64,000 bases of DNA from Candidatus Eremiobacteria bacterium (GTDB lineage: Bacteria > Vulcanimicrobiota > Vulcanimicrobiia > Vulcanimicrobiales > Vulcanimicrobiaceae). This document shows positions 30,602 through 41,201 of the stretch, one piece after another. The notes under the pieces are model-generated. The model ran no database searches. It was not told the origin of the DNA and saw only the letters and a program-made list of their open reading frames with translations. Where the stretch lies: the NCBI GenBank assembly GCA_963758295.1, contig CAVWUU010000001.1, positions 672,001 through 736,000 on the forward strand, given 5' to 3'. A program made the position numbers and the translations under genes. The stretch's first letter is position 1, and each line of letters begins with the position of its first letter.

Positions 30602-31237
30602 ATGAAACCATTTGGTTCTATCGTTGCACTAGTCATTGTTGGTTGTCTCGCGGAACCGTGCTTAGCGGTGCAGCATAACCGTTTCGATGCTACGGTTCCC
30701 GTAGCCCGTCAGGTGCAGCTTGCGATGAGCGCTGCACCGGCTGAAATCTCTAGAAACGCAACAATTTACGTGCTGGGCGCCGGTGGATTCGAGCGACAGC
30801 GCGCCGGCAGCAATGGATTCACATGCCTTGTCGATCGATATGTCCAAAATGGCGTCGCTATGTCGCTCGAGCCGAAATGCTTTGACGCTGAAGGCACGCG
30901 TACGCTTTTGCCGGTTAGTTTGCGCACGGAAACCTTACGGGCCGAGGGAAAGTCGGAGTCGCAAATTGCTGATGACATCACGGACGGTTATAAAAGCGGC
31001 CGTTTTCGCGCTCCAGGTAAGCCGGGCCTTATTTATATGATGTCGCCCTACAATATTCTCGCGCGTGGTGCAAACAATACAAACTTCGGGCACGTGGCAG
31101 GCCATTTGATGTTTTATGCTCCGTACATGACCGTTCATGACCTGGGGTATCGCTCTCCCAAGGGGATGTTGCCGATACTTGCCGACCCGGGTACGCCCTA
31201 CGCGATGATGATTGTCGTGCCAAAGCGGCAGTTGTAA
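30602..31237 (+). CDS. secreted hypothetical protein
   Basis: SD GGGAG, signal peptide, AMSAAP...GSNGFTC, GLIYMMS, GHLMFY. Confidence 0.8.
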   Translation: MKPFGSIVALVIVGCLAEPCLAVQHNRFDATVPVARQVQLAMSAAPAEISRNATIYVLGAGGFERQRAGSNGFTCLVDRYVQNGVAMSLEPKCFDAEGTRTLLPVSLRTETLRAEGKSESQIADDITDGYKSGRFRAPGKPGLIYMMSPYNILARGANNTNFGHVAGHLMFYAPYMTVHDLGYRSPKGMLPILADPGTPYAMMIVVPKRQL

Positions 31238-31438
31238 ACGTGTGCTGTATAGGCTAGCGGCTCGCGGCAACATGTGCGTTTTTACCACGCACCTGTGAGA
31301 TGTTCTCGCCAATCAAAACGGCTGACCGCGGGTCGGCGTAGATCCGAGGCGGTGCAATAGGCATGCGGTGCGGCGGGCATAGTAATGCGGTAAGTAGCGG
31401 ACGGCCGGGCATGGTCGCTGGCTGTGGAGACAAGCGTG

Positions 31439-32044
31439 ATGATGATGAAACTACTAGCCGCTTTACTCACCTTCGCATCTGCAGCAACGTTCGGATTTGG
31501 AACGTCGTCCGCTGATGTGCAAACGATGACCGTCGTTTCACCGGCGAATTATACGCGGCATAGCTATCGGGGAAGGCCCGACCTTGGCTTGATGCTTGCG
31601 ATGGTGGAAGCGGGCGGCGGTAGTAAACACTTCGATAGCGCGCGCCTGTTTCGTGTTCTCGGTGGGTCAAACGCGCGGAATGAAAGTGCGAAATTGCAGC
31701 ACGAGTATGGCAAAGCTAAAATGGCAGCCTTCGAGCAAACATTCAACTTTGCGGTGCGGGATACCGTAAGTATTTTTGCGCTGAATCATATAACGCTACC
31801 GTCGAATCCAAGCGTCTCGCCCGGCGATGGGCGCGCAATGGCGGTCGACATATACCGTGACGGCATCATGCCGACCGGTAAATTCGATTGCGGATACATG
31901 ATGGAGCACCTGATGACGCACCCGGTGCACATGGTTCTTATGCACGACATCAATGTTGCCGCGGGTCAGGGGCCGTCGCATAATGCAAATTTCCACATCG
32001 TTTTAACGCGCATAATCGCCGATCTACACCGCGCATACGGATGA
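31439..32044 (+). CDS. secreted hypothetical protein, His/Met-rich C-terminus
   Basis: Signal peptide; helical ORF of about 200 aa; SD GGAG. Confidence 0.75.
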   Translation: MMMKLLAALLTFASAATFGFGTSSADVQTMTVVSPANYTRHSYRGRPDLGLMLAMVEAGGGSKHFDSARLFRVLGGSNARNESAKLQHEYGKAKMAAFEQTFNFAVRDTVSIFALNHITLPSNPSVSPGDGRAMAVDIYRDGIMPTGKFDCGYMMEHLMTHPVHMVLMHDINVAAGQGPSHNANFHIVLTRIIADLHRAYG

Positions 32045-32155
32045 CATGGCGAAAGCTACTGAAGCGCTCGCCGGAGTCGCTGTGGTCTTAACCCGCGAGC
32101 CACTCTGACGAGCGGGTGATGCGCCCTAATGTACTGCTCGAGCCCTTGGAGAGTC

Positions 32156-33694
32156 TTAAGCCGCGCGGCCGTCCAGCCGTTCCAAGCTGCGGTACTGGAT
32201 TGCCTCGGCAACGTGCTGAGGTGCAATGACGGCATCGCCTGCAAGGTCCGCAATGGTGCGGGCGACGCGGGCAATGCGGTCGAGTGCGCGCGCGGAGAAT
32301 TGTCGCTTTGCGCTCGCGTGCGCAAGGAGTCGCAGCGCGGCTTCGTCGAGCATGCAGTAGCGCTTCATTCCGCTGGACGGAATTTCCGCATTGCACGCGA
32401 TAGCCGTGCCGGCATAACGTTCCGCCTGTAGACCTCGCGCCGCCACCACGCGCTCACGAATAGTTTTCGAATGCTCGGCGCCTTCGTGTTTCACCATGTC
32501 GTCGAACGGCACGCGCGCGATTTCGATTTGTAAATCGATACGGTCGAGCAGCGGTCCCGACAGTTTGCCAACGTAGCGTGAAACGGCGCCGTCGTCACAT
32601 CGGCACTCCGTCGTACGGGTCCCACGATATCCACATGGGCAGGGGTTCATCGAAGCGACGAGTTGGAAGCGCGCGGGATATGTGAACGTCCCGGCGGCAC
32701 GCGATATCGTGACGGTGCCTTCCTCGAGCGGCTGCCGCATAACTTCGATCGCGCTGCGGCTGAACTCAACCAGTTCGTCCAGGAAAAGCACACCATGATG
32801 CGCGAGCGAGATTTCTCCCGGGCGCACGGCGGCACCGCCGCCAACGAGCGCCGTTTGCGAAATAGTGTGGTGCGGAGCGCGGAACGGCCTAGCATTGACG
32901 ATTGAGGTTTCGCCGGTGAGGTAGCCGGCAACGCTGTAAATTTTCGTAACGTCGAGCGCCTCCGCGGGCGTCATTGGCGGAAGAATCGATGGTAAACGGC
33001 GCGCCAGCATCGTTTTGCCGCAGCCGGGCGGTCCCACGAATAACAAGTTGTGGCCGCCCGCAGCGGCGATTTCAAGGCCGCGTTTAGCGGCAAGCTGGCC
33101 GCGGACATCCGCAAGATCTCCGTAAACCAATTCGTCCACCGGTTCTATCGGCGGAGTGATCGTGCGCTGCCGCCACTTGGCGCCATTGCCCAGAAGGACG
33201 GCAACCGACGACTGGAGTGAATCAACGGCGTACAGCTCCGTGCCTTCAACGAGCGCTGCTTCTCGCGCGTTGGCTTCCGGCACGAGAAGTTTAGTAAACC
33301 CGGCGTTGCGCGCGCCGAGCACCATGGGGAGTATGCCTTGCACCGGACGAAGCGTTCCGTCTAGTGCAAGTTCGCCCAGGACGATAAAATCTTGCAACAC
33401 GAGGCGGTCGATCTGTTCGTCGATCGCTAAGAGTGCCATCGCGATCGCAAGATCGAATGCGGGGCCTTCTTTGCGGACGTCGGCGGGCGAAAGATTCACC
33501 AGCAAACGTCCGGCGGGGTACATGAAACCGGAATTGACGATCGCGGCGCGCACGCGTTCGCGAGCTTCATTCAACGCGCGATCGGGCAGCCCAATAATCG
33601 CAAACGCGGGACTCCCTGGTGCGGTATCCGCCTCGACGCGAACGACGTAACCTTCGATGCCGAGCATACCGGCGGAAAACGAGAGCGAGAGCAT
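32156..33694 (-). CDS. comM: YifB/ComM Mg-chelatase-like AAA+ ATPase
   Basis: NLSPADVRKEG, GPPGCGKT, RAPHH, GEISLAHHGVLFLDE, NPCPCG, SGPLLDRID. Confidence 0.95.
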   Translation of the reverse strand: MLSLSFSAGMLGIEGYVVRVEADTAPGSPAFAIIGLPDRALNEARERVRAAIVNSGFMYPAGRLLVNLSPADVRKEGPAFDLAIAMALLAIDEQIDRLVLQDFIVLGELALDGTLRPVQGILPMVLGARNAGFTKLLVPEANAREAALVEGTELYAVDSLQSSVAVLLGNGAKWRQRTITPPIEPVDELVYGDLADVRGQLAAKRGLEIAAAGGHNLLFVGPPGCGKTMLARRLPSILPPMTPAEALDVTKIYSVAGYLTGETSIVNARPFRAPHHTISQTALVGGGAAVRPGEISLAHHGVLFLDELVEFSRSAIEVMRQPLEEGTVTISRAAGTFTYPARFQLVASMNPCPCGYRGTRTTECRCDDGAVSRYVGKLSGPLLDRIDLQIEIARVPFDDMVKHEGAEHSKTIRERVVAARGLQAERYAGTAIACNAEIPSSGMKRYCMLDEAALRLLAHASAKRQFSARALDRIARVARTIADLAGDAVIAPQHVAEAIQYRSLERLDGRAA

Positions 33695-33789
33695 GCGATA
33701 CGCTACTGTGACGCGGCGTCGCGAACGCTATGGTGGACGCACCCGCGGGAAAAAGGAACCGCTGTTGCAGCGCGCGCAACCATCTCGCC

Positions 33790-34434
33790 ATGCTGAAACC
33801 GATCGTTGAACTCGAACGCCGCGTTGCCGTTTCGCCCGAGCCGCATTCGGTGGCGACGGATGGCACGACGATGTGGGTCGCTTCTCGAGCTACGCGCAAG
33901 ATCGACGAGATCGACGTGAAGACGTGGCAGAAGAAGGGTGAGATCGACCCGCCGGGCATGCCCTGGGGCATGACTTACGATGGCGGCGCCCTAGTTATGA
34001 CGTGCGGCGAACCGCCCGACGACAACCGTTTCGTCCGCCGGTACGCGGAAGGGCGCTTCGAGGCCGGGGTGCCGTGCCCACAGGATACCGGCTCGCACGT
34101 GGCTGTCCATGGGGACGACGTGCTGCTTGCCCAATGGTATAACCAGCAGCTGCTGCGCTTAGACCGGGCGGGTCGAGCGGTTCAGGCGTACACCGCCCCG
34201 CATGGGATTGCGGGGGTCGCGGTGGCGGGTGAGAGCGCATACCTGGTGACGACGGATGACGAGGACCAGGGCGACTACTGGGTGACGCGCGTCGACCTGT
34301 CGGACGGCACCGCAGTCGATGTGGCGCGGATTCCATTCAAGGCGCGTGGCCTCGCCTGGGACGGCGCGCGATTCTGGACGAATCATCGTGAAGCCGACCG
34401 GACGGTCGCTTTTCGCCTTCCGGACGAAGCTTAG
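33790..34434 (+). CDS. hypothetical beta-propeller protein
   Basis: Repeated blades such as GMTYDG and GLAWDG. Confidence 0.65.
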   Translation: MLKPIVELERRVAVSPEPHSVATDGTTMWVASRATRKIDEIDVKTWQKKGEIDPPGMPWGMTYDGGALVMTCGEPPDDNRFVRRYAEGRFEAGVPCPQDTGSHVAVHGDDVLLAQWYNQQLLRLDRAGRAVQAYTAPHGIAGVAVAGESAYLVTTDDEDQGDYWVTRVDLSDGTAVDVARIPFKARGLAWDGARFWTNHREADRTVAFRLPDEA

Positions 34435-34654
34435 AGGGCGGAGGTTGTTGGCCGCCCCCGCTGCTATTCATAACATGCCTGCCCGTGGGCCGAGTAGCCG
34501 GATCAACGAGACTTTAGTAGCTTTTTGACCGTATTTTTACGCCAATTCTCCACAGATTGCACAAGCGAACGTCAGATGTTGTGGACAACGAAGATGGGCG
34601 TTAGTGTTCCGCGAAGATGCGGAAACCGAATTTTTTAAGGCCGAGGAGAAGCAT

Positions 34655-35623
34655 TTGAAACATAGCCGTTCTTTCGCCGTCGTTACCTTGTGCGTGGCGC
34701 TGGCCGCCTGTTCGAACAATTCAAGCTCGAACGCTCAATCGGGCTCGTCGGCTTCCCCGGGCGCTTCGGCAGCCGCGGGTTCCAAGACGATCGGCGTTTC
34801 GATTCAAAATCGAGAAGCGCAGTTCTACCAGGACATGGAGAACGGCATGAAAGCCGAGGCTGCAAAATACGGCTATCACGTCACGGTCGTCGACGCGAAC
34901 CGCGACAACGCTAAGCAGCAGAGCCAAGTCGAAGACTTTATTTCGAACAAAGTCGACGCGATCGTGCTCACTCCGTACGACTCCACGGCCATCGGCAGCG
35001 CCATCGTCGAGGCAAACAAGGCCAACATTCCGGTCTTTACAGCCGATATCGCGAGCACGGCCAAACAAGGCACGATCGTGGCTCACATCGCGAGCGACAA
35101 TTTTCAGGGCGGCGGTCAGGCCGGCTTGCTTATTTGCAAGGCCGTGAAGTCCGGCCCGGTCGCGATCATCGACGAGCCGGAAGTGACGAGCGTTCAGGAT
35201 CGGGTGAAAGGCTTCCGCGCCTCGATCAAGGCCAATTGCCCGTCGGTCACAGTCGTTGCCGACATCGATGCCGGCGGCGCGCGCGATAAAGCCAACAGCG
35301 TTACCGGCGACGTGCTCCAGTCGCACAAAGACCTTAAAGGCATCTTCGGGATCAACGACGATTCGGCACTCGGTGCCCTTACGGCGGTAAAAGCGGCGGG
35401 TCTGAACGGCAAGCTCGCCATCGTGGGCTACGACGCTTCACCGGAAGCGCGCGCGGCGATCAAGCGCGGCGACATGGTCGGCGACGCGCTTCAGTATCCG
35501 GATCAAATCGGCGCACTGACGATCGACACGATTCACGATTACTTCAACGGCAAACAGCCGGCGAAGACAGTCGACGTGAAAGTCGGCTCGTACACGCAAG
35601 CCGACGCGGCAAAGGCTCAGTAA
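34655..35623 (+). CDS. sugar (ribose-type) ABC transporter substrate-binding lipoprotein
   Basis: SD GAGGAG, lipobox LAAC, IASDN, DRVKGF, INDDSALG, VGYD. Confidence 0.9.
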   Translation: MKHSRSFAVVTLCVALAACSNNSSSNAQSGSSASPGASAAAGSKTIGVSIQNREAQFYQDMENGMKAEAAKYGYHVTVVDANRDNAKQQSQVEDFISNKVDAIVLTPYDSTAIGSAIVEANKANIPVFTADIASTAKQGTIVAHIASDNFQGGGQAGLLICKAVKSGPVAIIDEPEVTSVQDRVKGFRASIKANCPSVTVVADIDAGGARDKANSVTGDVLQSHKDLKGIFGINDDSALGALTAVKAAGLNGKLAIVGYDASPEARAAIKRGDMVGDALQYPDQIGALTIDTIHDYFNGKQPAKTVDVKVGSYTQADAAKAQ

Positions 35624-35624
35624 G

Positions 35625-37130
35625 ATCGACAACGCCACCCCGTTATTGGAAATGCGCGGCATCGGGAAAAGCTTTCCCGGTGTCCGCGCGCTTTCCGACG
35701 TTTCGCTGACGTTATACGGCGGCGAAGTTCTTGCATTGGTCGGTGAAAACGGTGCCGGCAAATCGACGCTGATGAAGATTCTCGCGGGCGCGCAGCCGGC
35801 GGATGCGGGAACGATTTCCGTCGACGGAAAGCTCGCGCAAATCGACTCACCGTGGGCCGCCGAACGGCTCGGCATCGGCATGATCTACCAAGAGTTCAAC
35901 TTGGTGCCCCAATTCACGGCTATCGAAAACATCGTCCTCGGCGTCGAACCGCGCCGGGGCGTTTTGTTAGACGAAAATGCCGCGCGCCAAAGCGCGAAAA
36001 AAATTGTCGATGAATTGGGGATGGAGCTTTCGCTCGATGAGCCGGCGTCACGCATGTCGGTCGGACAGCAGCAGATGATCGAAATCGCGAAAGCGCTTTC
36101 GAAACGCGCGCGAATCATCGTTATGGACGAGCCGACGGCGGCGCTTTCGGATCGTGAAATCGACCGTCTCTTCGCGCTTATCGTGCGTCTCAAAGCGAGC
36201 GGCGCCGGCATCATCTACATCTCGCATCGCATGGAAGAGTTGCCGAAGATCTCGGATCGCATCACGATTCTGCGCGACGGTCAGGCGATCGAAACGCGAA
36301 AGACCGTGGATTTTCCACAGAACGATATCATCCGCGCCATGGTCGGGCGTCCGCTCGACGCGCACTTTCCGGACTTAACCCCGGTCGCGGCCGATGCGCC
36401 GGTCGTGCTGAACGTGCAGCATTTGAATCGCAGCGGTATTTTGCACGACGTCTCGTTCCAAGTCCGTGTCGGGGAAATCGTCGGGCTCGCGGGACTGGTC
36501 GGCGCAGGGCGTACGGAGACGTTACGCTGCGTTGCGGGCGCGGACGTTGCGGATACCGGAACGATTTCGGTCGACGGAAAAGTGCATAAGATGCGCGAGC
36601 CCAGCGACGGCATCGCTGCCGGCATCGCGTTTATCACCGAAGACCGCAAGGGACAAGGCCTCGTTCTCGGGATGACCGTGCGCGAGAATGTTACGCTTGC
36701 ACACTTGGCGCAGTTTGTAAATCGCGAGATGCTGGTTGACGAAAATCGCGAGAAGAGTGCAACGGAACGCATGATCGACGAGTTGCGGATTCGCACGCCC
36801 GGGGCCGAGCAGATCGTACGCAATCTTTCGGGCGGCAATCAACAGAAGGTCGTTCTCGCAAAATGGTTGCTGGGCAAAGCCCGTGTCTTTCTTTTCGACG
36901 AGCCGACGCGAGGCATCGACATCGGCGCGAAAACCGAAATTTACACGCTCATGCTAAACCTCGTTCAGAACGGAGCCGCCATCGTAATGGTCTCGAGTGA
37001 GTTGCCGGAAGTGCTCGGTATGTCGCATCGCATTCTGGCGGTGCGCGGCGGGCAGATCGTTCGCGAGTTCTCGCGGGCCGAAGCAACGCCCGATGCGGTG
37101 ATTGCGGCGGCAACCGGGGCGGCTGCATGA
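35625..37130 (+). CDS. sugar ABC transporter ATP-binding protein (RbsA-type); start ATC 35625 or TTG 35646
   Basis: GENGAGKST, MDEPT, LSGGNQQKV, DEPTRGID. Confidence 0.95.
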   Translation: MDNATPLLEMRGIGKSFPGVRALSDVSLTLYGGEVLALVGENGAGKSTLMKILAGAQPADAGTISVDGKLAQIDSPWAAERLGIGMIYQEFNLVPQFTAIENIVLGVEPRRGVLLDENAARQSAKKIVDELGMELSLDEPASRMSVGQQQMIEIAKALSKRARIIVMDEPTAALSDREIDRLFALIVRLKASGAGIIYISHRMEELPKISDRITILRDGQAIETRKTVDFPQNDIIRAMVGRPLDAHFPDLTPVAADAPVVLNVQHLNRSGILHDVSFQVRVGEIVGLAGLVGAGRTETLRCVAGADVADTGTISVDGKVHKMREPSDGIAAGIAFITEDRKGQGLVLGMTVRENVTLAHLAQFVNREMLVDENREKSATERMIDELRIRTPGAEQIVRNLSGGNQQKVVLAKWLLGKARVFLFDEPTRGIDIGAKTEIYTLMLNLVQNGAAIVMVSSELPEVLGMSHRILAVRGGQIVREFSRAEATPDAVIAAATGAAA

Positions 37131-38134
37131 GCGATCCGAAAGTTCGCGCGTACTGGCTGCGCATTGCCGCAGCTCTCGCGGTCCTCGTCGTTTTGATTGC
37201 CATCGTCAACGTGGCGGCCCATGGCGCGTTTTTGCAGCCCGGAAACATCGTTCGGGTTTTGCGGCAAATTACGTATAACTGCATCCTCGGCGTGGGTCAG
37301 ACGTTCGTCATCATAACCGGCGGCATCGACCTTTCGATCGGCTCGCTCGTGTCGCTCACCGGCGTCGTAATGGCGCTCGTCGCGAACTCCTTGCATCTCC
37401 TCCGGGCTCCCGTTGCTCATCGTGACGCTGATCGCCGGGCTCGCCGTCGGGCGCCGCGGCAGGTTGGGTCAACGCGATTCCCGTCGTAAAGCTGAATCTT
37501 CCGCCGTTCATTACCACGTTCGCGATGCTGGAAGTTACGCTCGGCCTTTCCTATATTCTCTCGCACGGACGCCCGGTGGCGTTGCAAACCGACGCATTTT
37601 CCGGCGTGGGTTTCGGTTCGTTCCTTGGCGGCGTGACCAATGCGCTGCATCTTCCCAACATCCCGATCCCGGTCGTCTGGATGGTGGTCGTCATCGTCGT
37701 CGCTTCCATTCTGCTTATGCGCACGCGCTACGGACGCTATGTCTTTGCGCTGGGCGGCAATCAAGAAGCGGCGCGCCTTGCCGGCGTGAACGTCGTCGCG
37801 TGTAAAGACGCTCGTGTACGTGATAAGCGGCATGTGCGCGGCCGTGGTCGGGTTTTTGTATATGTCGCTCTTTTCGTCGGGATCGCCGCAAACCGGCACC
37901 GGCGACGAATTGCTCGAAGCTATTGCCGCGGTTGTCGTCGGCGGCACGAGCCTAATGGGCGGCGAAGGCTCGATCGTCGGAACGTTCTTCGGGGCGTTGT
38001 TGATCGGATTACTTTATAATGCGATGAATTTGCTCAACATCGATTCCTATCTGCAGAAGGTCGTCCTCGGCGTCGTCATTCTCTTGGCCGTTGTGCTCGA
38101 CCAGCTCCGGAAACGCTATTTCGCCCGCGCGTAG
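37127..38134 (+). CDS. sugar ABC transporter permease (RbsC-type; frameshifts near 37400-37460 and 37800)
   Basis: GGIDLSIGS, TRYGR..ALGGN.EAARLAG, IAAVVVGGTSLMGGEG. Confidence 0.9.
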
Positions 38135-38141
38135 TCCTGCG

Positions 38142-39401
38142 ATGCAAGCGTCTCATCCGCTCTTAGCCAAGCACTGGATCCCGCCCGGCGCGCTTGGATT
38201 CGCCCAGCTTGCGCAGGGCGTGTCTTGGCCGATGCTCGCCTTTGCGGCGCTGCATGGCGATACGGCATCGCTCACTCCCTTAGCGATTGCATGGATTCAC
38301 ACTGTGGCGCTCGGGTGGCTAACGATGGCCGCGCTTGGCATCCTCGTGCACGTCGTGCCTGCGTTCACGGACTTGCCGTGGAGAGGGGAACGCATCGTAC
38401 GTGGTTCGCTCGTACCGTTCGCGGGCGGGGTGGTATTGTTCGTAGTTGGCTGGCTGACGCATTTTGCCGTCATGCAGCTTGGCGCCGCGCTAATGCTTGC
38501 CGGATTCGGCGCGTATTACTTCGTTGCGATGCGAACGCTCGCGCACACCGCCGGAGTGGAACCCACGGAGGGCGCTATCGCGCGAGCGCTACGAATCAAC
38601 CTCAGCGTGCTCCTTGTGGTCGTCATTCTCGGCGCCCTTATGGCGTTGGCGTTCACGGTCCCCGCGCTCTCCGCAGTCCTCGCGCGTACGCCGCCCGTCC
38701 ACGCGAATTTCGCCATCTACGGTTGGATTACGATGCTCGTCTTCGGCGTCTCCGCTCGAACGGTCCGTCCGATCACCGGCAATCGCTCGCGCTTTACGTG
38801 GATTCACATCGTCACCGGAACGTCGCTCTTAATCGGGCCGATCCTAACGGCAATCGGGATCTTCGGCGGCTTGCCGGGCGTCACGCTCGCCGGTGCCGCG
38901 TTTCTTGGGTTGGCAACGCTCGTCTACGCGTTCGACGTCGTCGACATTCTGCGAGGCGCTACCGTGAAGCACCGTCCACCGCAAGCGTTCATCGGCGCCG
39001 GCATTTTTTGGCTTCTCGTTTCAACGGCGCTTGCGGCCGCTGCGATTGCGGGCGTGCCCTGCTGGAATGCGTTTGTCTTCGTGGTGCTCATGGGCTGGGC
39101 CGGTCAAATGGTGAACGCGCACTTTTTCCACATCGGCATTCGGCTTTTGGCAACGGTGTATCGCGGAGAAGAAGACGAAACGCGCCCGGGCGAAGTGCTC
39201 GATGCGCGCCTGTCATGGTCCTGTTTTGCAGCGATGCAGAGTGCCGTCGCATTGTGCGCGGGCGGCCTGTTCTTTGGAACTTCATCGGCCATAGCTGCGG
39301 GCGCCGCATGCGGATTTGCCGGATGGCTGCTTTTTCTGGCGAACGCGAGAACGGCCGTTACGAACTTGCGCGCGTTGCCGATCGATTTGCTATCGCGGTA
39401 A
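38142..39401 (+). CDS. polytopic membrane protein with intramembrane His (NnrS/heme-copper-oxidase-like)
   Basis: About 12 TM; HTVALGW, HANFAIYGW, GWAGQMVNAHFFH. Confidence 0.55.
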   Translation: MQASHPLLAKHWIPPGALGFAQLAQGVSWPMLAFAALHGDTASLTPLAIAWIHTVALGWLTMAALGILVHVVPAFTDLPWRGERIVRGSLVPFAGGVVLFVVGWLTHFAVMQLGAALMLAGFGAYYFVAMRTLAHTAGVEPTEGAIARALRINLSVLLVVVILGALMALAFTVPALSAVLARTPPVHANFAIYGWITMLVFGVSARTVRPITGNRSRFTWIHIVTGTSLLIGPILTAIGIFGGLPGVTLAGAAFLGLATLVYAFDVVDILRGATVKHRPPQAFIGAGIFWLLVSTALAAAAIAGVPCWNAFVFVVLMGWAGQMVNAHFFHIGIRLLATVYRGEEDETRPGEVLDARLSWSCFAAMQSAVALCAGGLFFGTSSAIAAGAACGFAGWLLFLANARTAVTNLRALPIDLLSR

Positions 39402-39714
39402 GTTCGAAGCGTGCTCCGAAGAGCAACGTCCCGGAGCCGATGAAAGCGCGCGCCGGCAGCGGCGGCTTGAAATAGGTAAGATAGACGGCGTTGAACGCTT
39501 CGAAATGCGAAACGTCGGGCGTGAAAATCGTAACCGAAACGATGTGATCCATGGTGAGGCCGTGCCGCTCCAGCACCTTTTGGAGATTGCGCAGAAGCAA
39601 ATGCGCTTCGTCGTCGAGAGCGGCCGGCGGAACGCGCGAGGCGTCCACGCCGATTTGACCCGAGATGTAGAGCGTGTCTCCTGCGCTCACTGCATCGCTA
39701 AACGGCAGCTGCAT
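39358..39714 (-). CDS. RidA family protein
   Basis: LYISGQIG, FNAVY, PARA, FELTAIA. Confidence 0.85.
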   Translation of the reverse strand: MQLPFSDAVSAGDTLYISGQIGVDASRVPPAALDDEAHLLLRNLQKVLERHGLTMDHIVSVTIFTPDVSHFEAFNAVYLTYFKPPLPARAFIGSGTLLFGARFELTAIANRSATRASS

Positions 39715-39721
39715 GGCGTTC

Positions 39722-40391
39722 CTAAAACGGAAAGTCGTTCTGCGTGAGACCCGCGTTCGCTTTGAAATCGGTGAACGATTGATCGAGCACGATCGCATCG
39801 CCCGCATAGCTGATTTGACGCAACGGCCAGTGCGTTTCTTGCGAAAGATAGAGTTTGCGCTCGGTGATCCCTTCGTTCGACGCCGGATCGGCAACTTTCA
39901 GGTCGATCAGATCCGTGTCTTGCCCGTCGATTTTGCCACCCGCGCTCTGCTTCAGATCGCCTTTGGTATTTTCGAAAAGAGCGACGATGTTTTGCGGAAG
40001 ACCGTCAGGAATCGTGTAGCCGCGAAGCGAGGTGGCGCGGCTGTCATGCAGGCTGACTTTCAGGTGGAAGTGCGAGAGAATGCCGCCCTGGTGTCCGCTG
40101 ACTTGATCGCCGCCGGCCCAAACGCCGCCCGAGCCGCTGTTCGCGCCCGACTCGATGAGCGTCTTCGCAAAGTGCGGCTTCATGAACGAATAGTCGATAA
40201 ACGCGGTCTTGCACGTCGGTGCCCTTTACTTCGTGCGAGTGAAGCTTATACGTGAAGTCGTTGGCTTTGGCGAACGCTTCATCGAACGCTTCGATCGCGG
40301 GCGTGGTATTGGCGCGCCGACGCGATGCGAGCCGGATGCAAGCATTGCCGACGTGTACGGCAATGCCGCAAGGATCAGTGCGAATGTTCAT
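39722..40391 (-). CDS. LolA-like / outer-membrane lipoprotein-sorting protein (frameshifted)
   Basis: SD GGAGG, signal peptide, FMKPH, C-terminal FTDFKANAGL..NDF. Confidence 0.55.
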
Positions 40392-41018
40392 AGTTCCTCC
40401 CTCGTAGTTGAGCTGTCGTTTCTTCGACAAGGAGCGTTCCGTGTTTGCCTTCAACGCCGATCAGCACGTCGCATTTTGCATCGGCGGCGATTTCTTCGAT
40501 CGTCCGGCCCAAGCGGCGCGCCCGTATATTTTCCTTCGCGGAACGATCCGAGGATGATGCAGTTCGGCTTTCTCGCGCTTTGCGAGGTCGAGCACGGCTT
40601 GTTTCGTCGAACGCGCTTTGACGGTCTCGGTCCGCAGAGTAACGCCGTTGTTGGTGGCAATCGTTTCGGCCGCGCCCAGGGCGTCGAGCGCTGCGCGTTC
40701 CTCCGATCGGCATTTCGGCGTCGGGAGGCAGCGTGTACGGAACCTCGATCACGTAGATCGCGAAGAGCTCCGAGCGTTCGCCGCGCGCAACTTCGCTGCC
40801 AGCGCCATCATATGGCCGGAAAGAATATCGGGCGAAAAGACGACCATGATGCTGCCCACCATCCGCTCGAGTTCGCTTTCGGCTTCTTCGCGAGCCGTTG
40901 CACGAACGAGGCCGGCGGATGCAGCATCCACCAAATCGTTGCACCGATCGCGGCGGCGATGATGATCGCGATGACTGCGCCGGCGATCGTCATATGGACG
41001 GTGCCGCCATGCGATCAT
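40375..41018 (-). CDS. membrane-anchored universal stress protein (several frameshifts; ends approximate)
   Basis: N-terminal TM, YVIEVPYTLP, IILGS, AKCDVLIG. Confidence 0.7.
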
Positions 41019-41201
41019 CGATGCGCCCTCAGCGCTGCGCAATCTGGCGCAAGCCGGTAGAACGCCGAGCGCCATCATCGCGACACCGAGGACAAGTCCC
41101 GGCACGATTGCAAGCGACAGGCCCGTGCCGTCATCCGGACGATGATGACTGCACCGATGACGATCATGGCGAAGGCGAGAACGCGCGCGCAACGTCAGCA
41201 T
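41015..41201 (-). CDS. small two-TM membrane protein (frameshifted)
   Basis: Hydrophobic segments AFAMIVIGAVIIVRM and IVPGLVLGVAMMALG; start and stop overlap both neighbours. Confidence 0.5.

Noticed and set aside
34500..34600. Possible oriC
   Set aside because: Only two good boxes, no adjacent DnaA-trio run, no dnaA/dnaN nearby
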